From contig JBEGLG010000113.1 of the NCBI GenBank assembly GCA_041183645.1, positions 1 to 32,796 on the forward strand: 32,796 nucleotides of DNA. Reading direction: 5' to 3'. Positions 8,311 to 19,063 of this stretch are shown piece by piece. The notes below the pieces were generated by a model. That model was not told where the DNA came from. It ran no database searches and saw nothing but the letters and a program-made list of their open reading frames with translations. Position 1 is the first letter of the stretch. Every line of letters starts with the position of its first letter. Position numbers and translations under genes: made by a program. The stretch is from Actinomycetota bacterium (lineage in GTDB: Bacteria; Actinomycetota; Actinomycetes; S36-B12).

Positions 8311-9978
8311 GTGAGACCCCTGGATCCCCGACTACTGCGATATGCCCGCAGCACTCGCGGGTTCATGGTCGCCGCGGTGCTGCTGGGCGTGGTCACGGCG
8401 ATCCTCGTGATCCTTCAGGCACGAGCGCTCTCCACCGTCATTGTCGATGTCACGGCGCATGGCTTCTCCCTCTCCGAAGTGGGTGGCCTCGTTCTCGCCG
8501 TCGCTGCCCTGATGGGTGCACGGGCGGTGCTCTCCTGGGCGACCGAGATCGCCGCCTTCCGTTCCGCCGCGGCGGTGAAGGAGGAACTGCGCACTGCGGC
8601 TCTCACCCACGCCCTGGCGCTGGGACCGAATGGGCCTGCAGGCACGGATCCGGCCGGGGTCACCACGCTGGTCACGCGCGGAGTCGATGCGCTCGATGCC
8701 TACTTCTCTCGCTATCTGCCGCAGCTCGTGCTCGCCGTGATCGTGCCGATCACGGTGCTGCTCACCCTGCTCGGCCAGGACATCCTCTCGACGGTGATCG
8801 TCGCGATCACGATCCCGCTCATCCCGCTCTTCATGATTCTCATCGGCATGTACACCAAGAGCCGGGTCGATCGACAGTGGAAGACGCTCGCGGTTCTCAG
8901 CGGGCATTTCCTTGACCTGGTCGCGGGCCTGCCGACCCTGAAGATCTTCGGCCGGGCGAAGTCACAGGCGGAGGCCATCGCGGCCGTCGGCGATCGCTAC
9001 CGCTCGTCGACCATGGGCGTACTGCGCATCTCCTTCCTCTCCTCGCTCGCGCTCGAACTCCTGGCCACGCTCTCCGTCGCACTCGTGGCGGTCTCGGTCG
9101 GCCTGCGACTCGCCGAGGGGCAGATGGCCTACGGCGTCGCGCTCTTCGTGCTGCTCCTCGCACCCGAGGCGTACCTTCCGCTTCGACTCGTCGGTCAGCA
9201 CTTCCATGCGGCGGCAGAAGGACTCGGCGCGGCGGAACGCATCTTCGCAATTCTCGAGACGCCACTCCCGAGCGACGGCGGAGTCGAGATGCCCTCGGGT
9301 GCCGTGACGATTGACGTCACTGAGCTCGGCTACACGTATGCGGGCCATGATGAGCCGGCACTCGCCCCGACAACCTTCACGGCTCAGCCGGGCACGGTCA
9401 CCGCACTTGTCGGGCTATCCGGTGGCGGCAAGTCGACTCTCATCAATGTCCTGCTGGGCTTTCTTGCCCCGACCACGGGCGACGTGCGAGTCGACGGCAG
9501 CTCACTCGCGGAGATCAGCAGCAGCTCGTGGCGATCCTCGATCGGCTGGGTGCCGCAGTCGCCCGTCCTGATCGCCGACGATCTCACGGAGAATCCGACG
9601 ATCGCGCAGGTCGTGCGTCTGGGCACGCCTGACGCGACGGATTCCGAAGTGCGCACCGCCCTCGCAGATGCGGGCCTAGCCGCGGAGATCTCCGCGCTAC
9701 CGCTCGGGCTCGATACTGCGCTGAATTCCGATGGAAGCGGACTCTCCCGCGGCCAGCACCAGCGCCTCGCGATCGCTCGTGCCCTGGTGCGCCGGCCGCG
9801 CGTGCTGCTCCTTGATGAGCCGAGCGCTGCTCTTGATACCGAGTCGGAGGATGCAGTGGTGGCCGCTGTCTGCGCTGCAGCCGCTCGCGGCTGCACGGTG
9901 ATCGTGGTCGCGCACCGACCGGCACTCGTCGAGATTGCCGATCAGGTCGTGCGCGTGGGAGCGGGGGTACTCGCATGA
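8311..9978 (+). CDS. cydD: Thiol-reductant ABC exporter subunit CydD (TMD-NBD half transporter)
   Basis: Six-TM domain followed by Walker A GLSGGGKST, signature LSRGQHQRLAIARAL and Walker B LLLDEPSAALD. GAGGAG SD 9 nt before the GTG. Position directly after cydAB. Confidence 0.9.
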   Translation: MRPLDPRLLRYARSTRGFMVAAVLLGVVTAILVILQARALSTVIVDVTAHGFSLSEVGGLVLAVAALMGARAVLSWATEIAAFRSAAAVKEELRTAALTHALALGPNGPAGTDPAGVTTLVTRGVDALDAYFSRYLPQLVLAVIVPITVLLTLLGQDILSTVIVAITIPLIPLFMILIGMYTKSRVDRQWKTLAVLSGHFLDLVAGLPTLKIFGRAKSQAEAIAAVGDRYRSSTMGVLRISFLSSLALELLATLSVALVAVSVGLRLAEGQMAYGVALFVLLLAPEAYLPLRLVGQHFHAAAEGLGAAERIFAILETPLPSDGGVEMPSGAVTIDVTELGYTYAGHDEPALAPTTFTAQPGTVTALVGLSGGGKSTLINVLLGFLAPTTGDVRVDGSSLAEISSSSWRSSIGWVPQSPVLIADDLTENPTIAQVVRLGTPDATDSEVRTALADAGLAAEISALPLGLDTALNSDGSGLSRGQHQRLAIARALVRRPRVLLLDEPSAALDTESEDAVVAAVCAAAARGCTVIVVAHRPALVEIADQVVRVGAGVLA

Positions 9979-11765
9979 GCCCGGTGAGAGAACTGTGGAA
10001 GGCCATGTCGGCGCAGCGCACCGAACTGGCGCTCGCGGCATTCGTCGGATTCCTGGCGTCGGCCTCGGCCATTGCACTACTCGGTACGTCGGCCTGGCTT
10101 ATCTCGCGCGCCGCGGAGATGCCGCCGGTGCTGACCTTGAGCGTTGCCGCGGTCATGGTGCGCGCGTTCGCTCTGGGGCGAGCAGTGTTCCGCTATCTCG
10201 AACGCCTACTGGGGCACGATGCGGCATTCCGAGGGCTCTCGCAGCTTCGTGTCAGCCTCTACCGAAGCCTCGAGGCGATCACGCCGAACGGACTCGCGCA
10301 ATTCACCCGCGGCGATCTCATCTCGCGGTTGGGTGCCGATGTCGACACCGCTGTCGACCTGCCGCTGCGCATCGTTCTGCCCTGGGCGCAAGCGATTCTC
10401 GTGTCGATCGGCACGGTGGCATTCCTCCTCTGGCTGTTGCCGACGGCCGGTGTCGTGATCGGCATCGTCGTGCTGCTTGCGCTGACCGTGATGCCCTGGC
10501 TGGTCGGTCGCACCGCCGCGCACGCCGAGGCTCGACTTGCGCCGGGCAAGGCCGCACTCGCGAATGCAGTGCTCGCCTCGCTCACTGCCTCCCCCGACCT
10601 GCTCGTGCTCGGCGCCGATCGGCCCGCGCTGGCAGCCGTGCATGCGCATGACGAGCGCGTGACCTCTCTCGGTCGACGTGAGTCGGTTGCCCTGGGACTG
10701 AGCGGAGGCACCGGCACGCTCTTCCAGGGGCTCGCCGTCGTGGCAGCACTCGTCATCACCATTCCCGCCGTGATCGACGGTCGACTGCCGGCGGTGATGC
10801 TCGCCGTCGCGGCACTTCTTCCGCTCGCACTCTTCGATGTGCTGCAGACCCTGCCGGGCTCCGCACTCGCCTTCCATCGACTTCGCGGGGCCGCGGCACG
10901 CCTGGCCGAGATACACGAGGCGCCGGCCGATGACTCCGCTCAGGCGACGGGTCGACCGGGCGAGTTCACCGGCCTTGTCGTCGACAACCTCCGCGCACGA
11001 TGGTCGGGCGCTGAGGGTGATGCGCTCGCGGGAGTCTCACTCAGCATCGCCCCAGGTGAGCGCATCGCGATCGTCGGACCGAGTGGCTCCGGGAAGTCGA
11101 CCCTCGCGACTGTCCTCATGGGATTCCTCAAGTACGACGGCAGCGCGGTCACGTGCGGCTCCGAGATTCGAGCCCTCGACGGCGACGACCTGCGCGAGCG
11201 AATCGGAATGATGGAGCAGAGCTCGCATATCTTCGACACCACCATTGCCGCGAACCTCCGGCTCGGTCGTCTCGATTCCACCGATGCCGAGGTGTGGGCG
11301 GCTCTCGAGGAAGCGCAACTGGCCGAGTGGGTGCGCGGTCTCCCGCTCGGCCTCGACACGGAGGTCGGCGCCTTCGGCACCCGACTCTCGGGCGGTCAGC
11401 AACAGCGGCTCGCCCTGGCACGCCTTCTGCTCGCGCAGCGCGAACTCGTCATCCTCGACGAGCCGACCGAGCACCTCGATGCCCAGACCGCGGAGCAACT
11501 CGATCGCACGCTGTTCGCGGCCACCGCCTCGCGCACAGCGATCCTCATCACTCATCGCCTGGTCGGTCTCGAGGCCGCTGACCGCATCTACGTACTCGAC
11601 GGCGGCCGAGTGATCGAGCACGGCACGCATGAGGCACTGATGAGTCGCGATGGCTGGTACGCCGCCGCCCGGCGTCGTCAGGATGAGCAGCGCAGCATGG
11701 CAGAGCTCATTGACGTGCTTCCCGTCGGAATCGGCGTGCCCGTGCCCCCGCTCGCGAGAGGATGA
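9975..11765 (+). CDS. cydC: Thiol-reductant ABC exporter subunit CydC
   Basis: ATGA start/stop overlap with cydD (9975-9978). Walker A GPSGSGKST, signature LSGGQQQRLALARLL, Walker B VILDEPTEHLD. Confidence 0.9.
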   Translation: MSPVRELWKAMSAQRTELALAAFVGFLASASAIALLGTSAWLISRAAEMPPVLTLSVAAVMVRAFALGRAVFRYLERLLGHDAAFRGLSQLRVSLYRSLEAITPNGLAQFTRGDLISRLGADVDTAVDLPLRIVLPWAQAILVSIGTVAFLLWLLPTAGVVIGIVVLLALTVMPWLVGRTAAHAEARLAPGKAALANAVLASLTASPDLLVLGADRPALAAVHAHDERVTSLGRRESVALGLSGGTGTLFQGLAVVAALVITIPAVIDGRLPAVMLAVAALLPLALFDVLQTLPGSALAFHRLRGAAARLAEIHEAPADDSAQATGRPGEFTGLVVDNLRARWSGAEGDALAGVSLSIAPGERIAIVGPSGSGKSTLATVLMGFLKYDGSAVTCGSEIRALDGDDLRERIGMMEQSSHIFDTTIAANLRLGRLDSTDAEVWAALEEAQLAEWVRGLPLGLDTEVGAFGTRLSGGQQQRLALARLLLAQRELVILDEPTEHLDAQTAEQLDRTLFAATASRTAILITHRLVGLEAADRIYVLDGGRVIEHGTHEALMSRDGWYAAARRRQDEQRSMAELIDVLPVGIGVPVPPLARG

Positions 11766-13469
<1,704 letters not shown>

Positions 13470-13482
13470 GAGTGCGTGCGAA

Positions 13483-14025
13483 CTAGCCGACAGGCTGCAT
13501 GCGCTGCGCGATCTTCACGAGCTCATTCGCGCCGATGGCATGACCCTTCAGGGTCTCGATCCAGATCTGGGTCGGGCGAAGACCGTTGCCTCCCGAGGGG
13601 AAGATCACCGAGAGGTGACCGCCCCATGTGGCGACATCCTTGGCAGTGCAGTTGTTTGCCGGTTCCGGGCAGTAGGCCTCGATGACTGCCTTGGCACCCT
13701 TGATCCTGGTCGTGTAGACCGTGCGTCCGTTGCCGATGTCGCGGCAGATCGGATTGCCCTCGGTGATGCTGAACTGGCGACCCTTGCTTCCGCCGTACGT
13801 CGTATCGAGTGCGAGCTCGGCGGAGCAGAGGGCATCGGGCTGCATGTTGCCGAAGCTGGTCTGCTTCAGGCCATTCGTGTAGGTCGGCTGGTACACGGTG
13901 TACGTGACACCGACCTGATGATCGGCGTAGTTGTTACCGGAGCCCATGGCATGCGCAGGAACGGCGGCGAATGCGGTGAGGCCGAGAACGGCCGACGCGG
14001 CGAGGGCGAGAACGCTCTTCTTCAT
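13483..14025 (-). CDS. Small secreted protein, function unknown (DUF4367-like by eye)
   Basis: Signal peptide MKKSVLALAASAVLGLTAFAAVPAHA. 4 Cys. VTYTVYQPTYTNGL and C-terminal ELVKIAQRM resemble DUF4367-type proteins. AGGAG SD. 8 nt downstream of the response-regulator gene. Confidence 0.6.
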   Translation of the reverse strand: MKKSVLALAASAVLGLTAFAAVPAHAMGSGNNYADHQVGVTYTVYQPTYTNGLKQTSFGNMQPDALCSAELALDTTYGGSKGRQFSITEGNPICRDIGNGRTVYTTRIKGAKAVIEAYCPEPANNCTAKDVATWGGHLSVIFPSGGNGLRPTQIWIETLKGHAIGANELVKIAQRMQPVG

Positions 14026-14033
14026 GGTGCTCC

Positions 14034-14690
14034 TTAGTTGCGGTGTTCTGACTCGACGGCCATTCGGGCGGCGAGGGCTGCTGCTTGGGTACGACGTTCC
14101 ATGCCGAGCTTGGCGAGCAGGCTCGACACGTAGTTCTTGACGGTCTTCTCGGCCAGGTGCATGGTCTCGCCGATCTGGCGATTGGTGAGGCCGTCGCCGA
14201 TGAGCCCGAGAATGCGGCGCTCCTGGTCGGAGAGTCCGTCGAGGCGATCGTCATGATGCTCGCCCTGTCGCAGCCGCTCGAGCACGCGCTGAGTGGCCGC
14301 GGGATCGAGGAGCGACTTCCCGGCCGCCACCTGGCGCACGGCATCGACGAGGTCATTGCCGCGAATCTCCTTGAGCACGTACCCCGAGGCGCCCGCCATG
14401 ATCGCATCGAAGAGTGCCTCATCGTCGGCGTACGACGTGAGCATCAGGCACTTGACCTCGGGCATCTGCGAACGGATATCGCGGCAGACCTCGACTCCGG
14501 TTCCGTCGGGCAGGCGCACGTCGAGGACGGCAACATCGGGACGTGCAGCGGGAATGCGCGTGAGGGCCTCGGACTTGGAGCCGGCCTCACCCACGACAGT
14601 CATGCCCTTCTCCAGGCCGATCAGGTCGGCGATTCCGCGTCGCACGACCTCGTGGTCGTCGAGCAGGAATACGCGAATGTCATCGGCCAT
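14034..14690 (-). CDS. devR: NarL/LuxR-family response regulator, DosR/DevR-like
   Basis: [19 protein letters not shown]...[17 protein letters not shown] (receiver, phospho-Asp in VLDV). C-terminal [40 protein letters not shown] matches M. tuberculosis DosR ([27 protein letters not shown]), including the DNA-contacting K-x-x-K-N. Confidence 0.9.
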   Translation of the reverse strand: MADDIRVFLLDDHEVVRRGIADLIGLEKGMTVVGEAGSKSEALTRIPAARPDVAVLDVRLPDGTGVEVCRDIRSQMPEVKCLMLTSYADDEALFDAIMAGASGYVLKEIRGNDLVDAVRQVAAGKSLLDPAATQRVLERLRQGEHHDDRLDGLSDQERRILGLIGDGLTNRQIGETMHLAEKTVKNYVSSLLAKLGMERRTQAAALAARMAVESEHRN

Positions 14691-14704
14691 GGGTTGATTG
14701 TGCC

Positions 14705-15484
14705 TCAGGGAGTGACGGCGATGTCGGACAGCAGCCGCACGGCGAGGTCAAAGTCACCATCGATGCGCACCCGTGAACGCCAGCCGGTGTCGTCGACCCC
14801 GACGCGCCCGCAGGCGCGGGCGAAGAAGTCGGGCCAGGTCATCGAAATGGTGGTGACCTCCGGGGAGTGGCCGAGGGAGATGACCTCCCCGATATCGGAG
14901 AGCTCGAGGCGAATCGAGTCAGCAGGGCCTTTCGCAAGGGAGGACCAGGCGTGCTCGGTGCCGTCGATGAGCTGGCCCCGCACCACGCTCGCCGCGAGGG
15001 AATCCCATCCCTCGTCGATGCCCAGGGCCATGCGGATGTCCTGGAGGTGTACCCAGGAATCGAGGATTCGTCGGCTCAGCTGACGGCCCAGCGGGGTCTC
15101 CTTCCCGAAGAAGCCGGGGACGAGCGCCTCGAGATCATGGGGACCCGCCTCGATCTGGGCCATGCGTCGCGCGGTGGTCTCGCGCAGTTCGGCCACGACC
15201 TCGGATTGCGGTCGACCTCGGCGGGCATCGACGCCGACTTCGGTGAACCTGCTGAGGTCGCGATCGACCCACGGCATGGACTCCCAATACGGCTGGTGAT
15301 CAGGTCGCGGATCACCGAGCAGAACCTGCTCGATGTCGACGATGTGAGCCACCATGTCGGCGACAGTCCAGCCCTCGCATGCGGTCGGGGTCGACCACTG
15401 CACGGCGCTCACTCGGGATCCGAGGTCAGCCGCATCGTCGAGCACGCCTCGGTCAATGGCCACGAGCTCATCGAAGGTCGTCAT
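14705..15484 (-). CDS. Mycothiol-dependent maleylpyruvate-isomerase-family (DinB-fold, TIGR03083-type) protein
   Basis: [27 protein letters not shown] is the typical N-terminal DinB/MDMPI metal-binding region. Start placed at ATG 15484 (MTTFDELVA...), not 15541, because 15541 would overlap the divergent gene and 15484 is preceded by TACGCT-N6. Confidence 0.7.
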   Translation of the reverse strand: MTTFDELVAIDRGVLDDAADLGSRVSAVQWSTPTACEGWTVADMVAHIVDIEQVLLGDPRPDHQPYWESMPWVDRDLSRFTEVGVDARRGRPQSEVVAELRETTARRMAQIEAGPHDLEALVPGFFGKETPLGRQLSRRILDSWVHLQDIRMALGIDEGWDSLAASVVRGQLIDGTEHAWSSLAKGPADSIRLELSDIGEVISLGHSPEVTTISMTWPDFFARACGRVGVDDTGWRSRVRIDGDFDLAVRLLSDIAVTP

Positions 15485-15490
15485 GCTCTC

Positions 15491-15496
15491 AGCGTA
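15491..15496 (-). promoter_or_regulatory. -10-like TANNNT box (TACGCT) 6 nt upstream of ATG 15484 (leaderless-type promoter)
   Basis: Minus strand reads TACGCT-GAGAGC-ATG. No SD is possible. Spacing matches the actinobacterial leaderless architecture. Confidence 0.45.
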
Positions 15497-15506
15497 GTTC
15501 GCGTCA

Positions 15507-15512
15507 TAGGCT
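15507..15512 (+). promoter_or_regulatory. -10-like TANNNT box (TAGGCT) 6 nt upstream of ATG 15519 (leaderless-type promoter)
   Basis: TAGGCT-CGTCGT-ATG, with no SD. Mirror image of the box for the divergent gene, 10 nt away. Confidence 0.45.
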
Positions 15513-15518
15513 CGTCGT

Positions 15519-16322
15519 ATGGGAACTCGGGTGGCACTCATTCAGCTGCGCTGCGACTCGGCCGAGCCCAGGGCCGAGCGCATCGAGCGGGCCTTCGCGA
15601 TGGTGCGCGACGCCGCAGCGCGTGCCGACCTCATCGTGCTTCCTGAGCTCTGGAGCACCTGCGCCTTCGACCTCCCGGCGGCCCGCGAGGGTGCCGAGCC
15701 CATCGACGGCCCGCTCGTCACCGCACTCGCCTCACTCGCATCCGAGCTCGGAGTCTGGATCCACGGCGGCTCATTCGCTGAACTCGTCGATGAGTCCACG
15801 CGGCACAACTCATGCGTGCTCTTCGATCCAGAGGGCACCCGTGTCGCGACATATCGCAAGATCCATCTCTTCGGCTTCGCCGAGGGAGAGCGCACGGTGA
15901 TGACCGGCGGCGAGGAGCTCGTCGTCGTCGACACTCCGCTCGGCACGACCGGTCTGGCCACGTGCTACGACCTGCGCTTCCCCGAGCTGTTCCGGGCGCT
16001 CACCGACTCGGGTGCCACGGCCTTCCTGGTGTCCTCGGGCTGGCCGCTGGCGCGCATCGAGCACTGGGATGTCCTGACGCGGGCTCGTGCGATCGAGGAT
16101 CAGGCGTGGGTGATCGCGTGCAATGAAGTCGGCACGCAGGGCAGCGATGGAGTGGTGCTCGGCGGCCATTCGGTCGTCATCGATCCGCGCGGCGCGGTCA
16201 TCGCGCAGGCCGGCGAGAGCGAGGAGATCCTCTACGCCGAGATTGATCCACAGGAGCCCGGTCGCTGGCGCGAGGCATTCCCGGCACTTGCCGATATTCG
16301 TATCGGTACCGACCGGGGCTAG
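15519..16322 (+). CDS. Carbon-nitrogen hydrolase family protein (nitrilase/amidase superfamily)
   Basis: Catalytic triad contexts LIVLPELW (Glu), YRKIHLF (Lys) and GLATCYDLRFPELF (Cys). Confidence 0.85.
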   Translation: MGTRVALIQLRCDSAEPRAERIERAFAMVRDAAARADLIVLPELWSTCAFDLPAAREGAEPIDGPLVTALASLASELGVWIHGGSFAELVDESTRHNSCVLFDPEGTRVATYRKIHLFGFAEGERTVMTGGEELVVVDTPLGTTGLATCYDLRFPELFRALTDSGATAFLVSSGWPLARIEHWDVLTRARAIEDQAWVIACNEVGTQGSDGVVLGGHSVVIDPRGAVIAQAGESEEILYAEIDPQEPGRWREAFPALADIRIGTDRG

Positions 16323-17119
16323 TCGACGGCGAGCGCGGAGGCGCTGCCGATCACGATGACGGGATGCTTCGCGAGGTCGAGCCAGTCCATGACGTGACGC
16401 ATGGCTGACTCATCGATCGAGATGCACCCGGCAGTGGGCACGCCTTTGGATACGTGCAGGAAGATTCCGCCGCCTGCACGCGTGTTAGCCGGCACGCTCG
16501 CATGGCGTATGCCGCGCGCATCGGTCGTGATAACTCCCGTCGGAGCGTTGTAGTCGAGCACTGCCACGTAGTCGTACTGCCGGCCGAGTTTCCACAGATG
16601 CTCGACATATCGCCCGTATGACGACCAGCTCACGGGTGCCGACTGGAAGAGGTTGTACGTGCCGGGTACCCGAGGGTTGTAGGTCCAGGCGTCGTTGGTG
16701 TCGATCTGCACGTAGGGAAGTGCCGTGCCGGGATTCGGCAGGCGTCCGAATGCCGACGTGATGGCATACGTGCCGGCCGGGGTCGTGTTGGTGCTCTGAC
16801 GACGTCGATCGCCGGCGACGATGCCGCGTGCGCCCACGAAAGCGGGTACGTCCTTCTCTATCGCCACCCAGTGACCGTCGGCCGACTTTTCATAGGCACT
16901 CAGTCGCGCGCGCGTGGAGTGATAGTCGGTGCTGGTCACGATGATGACCTGCTGCGCGGACGAGGCGCCGGGAAGATCGCCCGGTGTTGCGGCGGACGCC
17001 TGCGGCGCCAGCACGACTGCCGTGGCGAGAGCGACGAGTGCAGCAGTGGCTCTAGCGAGTGTCACGCTCGGCCAGTCGCGCCAGTCGATCGTTGTAGGCA
17101 TTGAGCTCGGCGTCGCCAT
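16319..17119 (-). CDS. L,D-transpeptidase (YkuD-fold) family protein, secreted
   Basis: GGGIFLHVSKGVPTAGCISID is the His...Gly-Cys catalytic motif. Signal-like ATAALVALATAVVLAPQASA. Start is uncertain: ATG 17185, 17161, 17119 or 17101, or GTG 17065. All overlap the 3' end of the upstream gene (stop at 17052). Confidence 0.7.
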   Translation of the reverse strand: MATPSSMPTTIDWRDWPSVTLARATAALVALATAVVLAPQASAATPGDLPGASSAQQVIIVTSTDYHSTRARLSAYEKSADGHWVAIEKDVPAFVGARGIVAGDRRRQSTNTTPAGTYAITSAFGRLPNPGTALPYVQIDTNDAWTYNPRVPGTYNLFQSAPVSWSSYGRYVEHLWKLGRQYDYVAVLDYNAPTGVITTDARGIRHASVPANTRAGGGIFLHVSKGVPTAGCISIDESAMRHVMDWLDLAKHPVIVIGSASALAVD

Positions 17120-19031
17120 CGCGATCGGCCTGGCGATCCTTGCGCTTGGCCTCGCGATCATCACTGCGCGACCACTGGAAGGCAATGGCGAGGAGCACGA
17201 TCATGCTCGGGATCTCGGCAATGCCCCAGGCCACCTGACCGCCGTTGAGCGAGTCGGCGAGCGGATCGGTGATCCAGTCGGGTCGCACGATTCCGTACCA
17301 CTCGGGTGCGATCGGAGTCGTGCCCATCATCAGGATCACGGCGAAGAACGCATGCACCGACATCGACAGCAGGAGCAGGAGTAGGCGACCCCAGTACGGC
17401 AGTGGCTTCGGTCGGGGATCGATTCCGATGATCACCCAGTAGAAGAGGTAGCCGGAGAGCAGGAAGTGGGCCTGCATGACGATGTGACCGACATGGCTGC
17501 CCATGAGCCAGCCGAATGCCGGAGTCAGGTAGAGGCCGTAGAGGCCGAGGACGTAGACGACGAACACGTAGAACGGGTTCGTGAGAATGCGCGTGATCCA
17601 GCTGTGCAGGAACCACAGGAGCCACTCACGCGGGCCGCGCTCAGGCCCTGTCGAGGGCTTGAGGGCGCGCAGCGCCAAGGTGGCCGGTGCGCCCATGACG
17701 AGCAGGATCGGCGCGAGCATGGTGAGCACCATGTGCTGGAGCATGTGCATGCCGACACTGACGCTCGCGTACATCGAGATACCGCCATTGGTGCACCACA
17801 GCACGACGATCAGCCCGAGGAACCAGCTGATCGAGCGACCGATGGGCCACGCGGCTCCGCGCTTGCGCAGCCGCATGAGTCCGCCGAAGTACAGCGCCCC
17901 GGCGATGAGCACCATGGTGAAGAAGAAGGGCTCGAGATGGAAGCCTCCGAGTACCGACGATGCGGTGGGCGCTTCGGGATACCGATAGCCGAGCAGCGAC
18001 TCTCCGTAGGAGGGAAGCTCGACGGTCAGGCGAGGCGGAGCACTCTGCGACAGCGCGACACCGAGGCCCAACGCGATCGCCATGACAGTGAGTTCGAGTC
18101 CCGCGATGCGGGCGAAGATTGATCGACCGGACTTCGTGCCCGTGGTGGCGGTGATTCGGCGGCGGATCAGCAGGGCGATCACGCCGAGTACCACGATGAG
18201 AGCAGTCTTGATGAGCACCAGCTGCCCGTAGCCCGTCGTCAGGATCTGACCGAGGGTCTCCAGGCGCGTGTACGCATTCGCGATACCGCTGACGGCAAGC
18301 AGCGCCAGGCAGCTGCCCGCGATGATGCCGAAACGCTGGATCGAGCGCCTGAGCGGAAGGTCACCGCGCACGGCATGCAAGGCAAGCGCCAGCAAGCCGC
18401 CGATCCACAAGGTGGCAGCGGCGATGTGGGCCGCCCCGGCTGTCATCGCCAGCGCATGATCGCCGAGCCCCGCGGCATGACCGCCGAGTGCCGGAAGCAC
18501 CGCAGCGAGCAGGGCGAGAATTAACCACGCGGCCCCGGATCCGACCGTGAAGGTTGCCGCGCAGGCGGCGCACACCACGAGGGCCAGGATCGCCATCCCG
18601 AACAGGGCTCGCGTGGTCGGCAGGTCGAAGGCATACGTGGTGAGCACATCGGGACTCAGCGCCTCGGAGAACTGCAGGCCGAGAACATTGCCGACCACGA
18701 ACACGCTCTGCGCGAGCGCGAGAAGTGCCCAGATGAGAGCTGCGACGGCGGCACGCACGAGATCGGTGCGCCCTGCGCGCGAGACCGTGCCGTCCTTCCC
18801 GGATGGATCGAGTACCACCGCCGCGAGCAGGAATCCGATGGTGACGACCGCGGCAATGTCAGTGAGAGTGCGCAGGACAGGGGTGCCCCAGCCGATGACT
18901 GCGCCGACATCGGGAATCCCGACAGGGGGAGCGGCGTACTCGCTGCCGCTCACCACGAGGCCCACGGCCATGGCCGCGACCGCCAGCACGATCAGTGCGG
19001 GGGCGAGCAAGGCGAGCGGTGAGCGCTTCAT
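17052..19031 (-). CDS. Bifunctional CopD-like copper-resistance / cytochrome c oxidase assembly (caa3 CtaG-type) membrane protein
   Basis: 659 aa with about 16 TM segments. The N-terminal half is CopD-like and the C-terminal half is CtaG_caa3-like (MHMLQHMVLTMLAPILLVMGAP, FLHSWITRILTNPF, HFLLSGYLFYWVIIGIDP). Size and architecture match the common actinobacterial fusion. Confidence 0.75.
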   Translation of the reverse strand: MKRSPLALLAPALIVLAVAAMAVGLVVSGSEYAAPPVGIPDVGAVIGWGTPVLRTLTDIAAVVTIGFLLAAVVLDPSGKDGTVSRAGRTDLVRAAVAALIWALLALAQSVFVVGNVLGLQFSEALSPDVLTTYAFDLPTTRALFGMAILALVVCAACAATFTVGSGAAWLILALLAAVLPALGGHAAGLGDHALAMTAGAAHIAAATLWIGGLLALALHAVRGDLPLRRSIQRFGIIAGSCLALLAVSGIANAYTRLETLGQILTTGYGQLVLIKTALIVVLGVIALLIRRRITATTGTKSGRSIFARIAGLELTVMAIALGLGVALSQSAPPRLTVELPSYGESLLGYRYPEAPTASSVLGGFHLEPFFFTMVLIAGALYFGGLMRLRKRGAAWPIGRSISWFLGLIVVLWCTNGGISMYASVSVGMHMLQHMVLTMLAPILLVMGAPATLALRALKPSTGPERGPREWLLWFLHSWITRILTNPFYVFVVYVLGLYGLYLTPAFGWLMGSHVGHIVMQAHFLLSGYLFYWVIIGIDPRPKPLPYWGRLLLLLLSMSVHAFFAVILMMGTTPIAPEWYGIVRPDWITDPLADSLNGGQVAWGIAEIPSMIVLLAIAFQWSRSDDREAKRKDRQADRDGDAELNAYNDRLARLAERDTR

Positions 19032-19039
19032 CGCTCCCG

Positions 19040-19045
19040 ATCATA
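19040..19045 (-). promoter_or_regulatory. -10-like box TATGAT upstream of the CopD/CtaG gene
   Basis: Minus strand reads TATGAT-CGGGAGCG-ATG. Good TANNNT hexamer within the 32-nt gap after fadE. It implies a 1-2 nt leader, or the GGGAG may serve as a very close SD. Confidence 0.35.
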
Positions 19046-19063
19046 GGTCTCGCGGTGAATCGA

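Noticed and set aside
8303-8314. Possible CydX-like small subunit gene between cydB and cydD
   Set aside because: The only ORF in the spacer is ATG-AGT-AAG-TGA (3 codons) overlapping the cydD GTG. It is far too short for a CydX/CydS-type peptide.
14875-14889. GGGAG-ATGAC-CTCCC inverted repeat upstream of the regulator gene as a second DosR box (autoregulation)
   Set aside because: The half-sites (GGGAG/CTCCC) and the 5-nt spacing differ from GGGAC-N4-GTCCC, and it lies inside the DinB-family CDS. This is probably chance in GC-rich coding DNA.
14085-15083. 332-aa plus-strand ORF across the response-regulator and DinB genes
   Set aside because: It spans two well-supported minus-strand genes and their intergenic gap and has no motifs, so it is a shadow ORF. 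The same applies to the other long alternative-frame ORFs in the track: 5570-6424, 9935-10651, 10206-10916, 11678-12445, 12548-13243, 21632-22573, 20638-21303, 30999-31742 and 31294-31899.
15485-15541. N-terminal 19-codon extension of the DinB/MDMPI gene (ORF-track start 15541)
   Set aside because: It would overlap the divergent C-N hydrolase start head to head. ATG 15484 gives a natural N-terminus and is preceded by TANNNT-N6.
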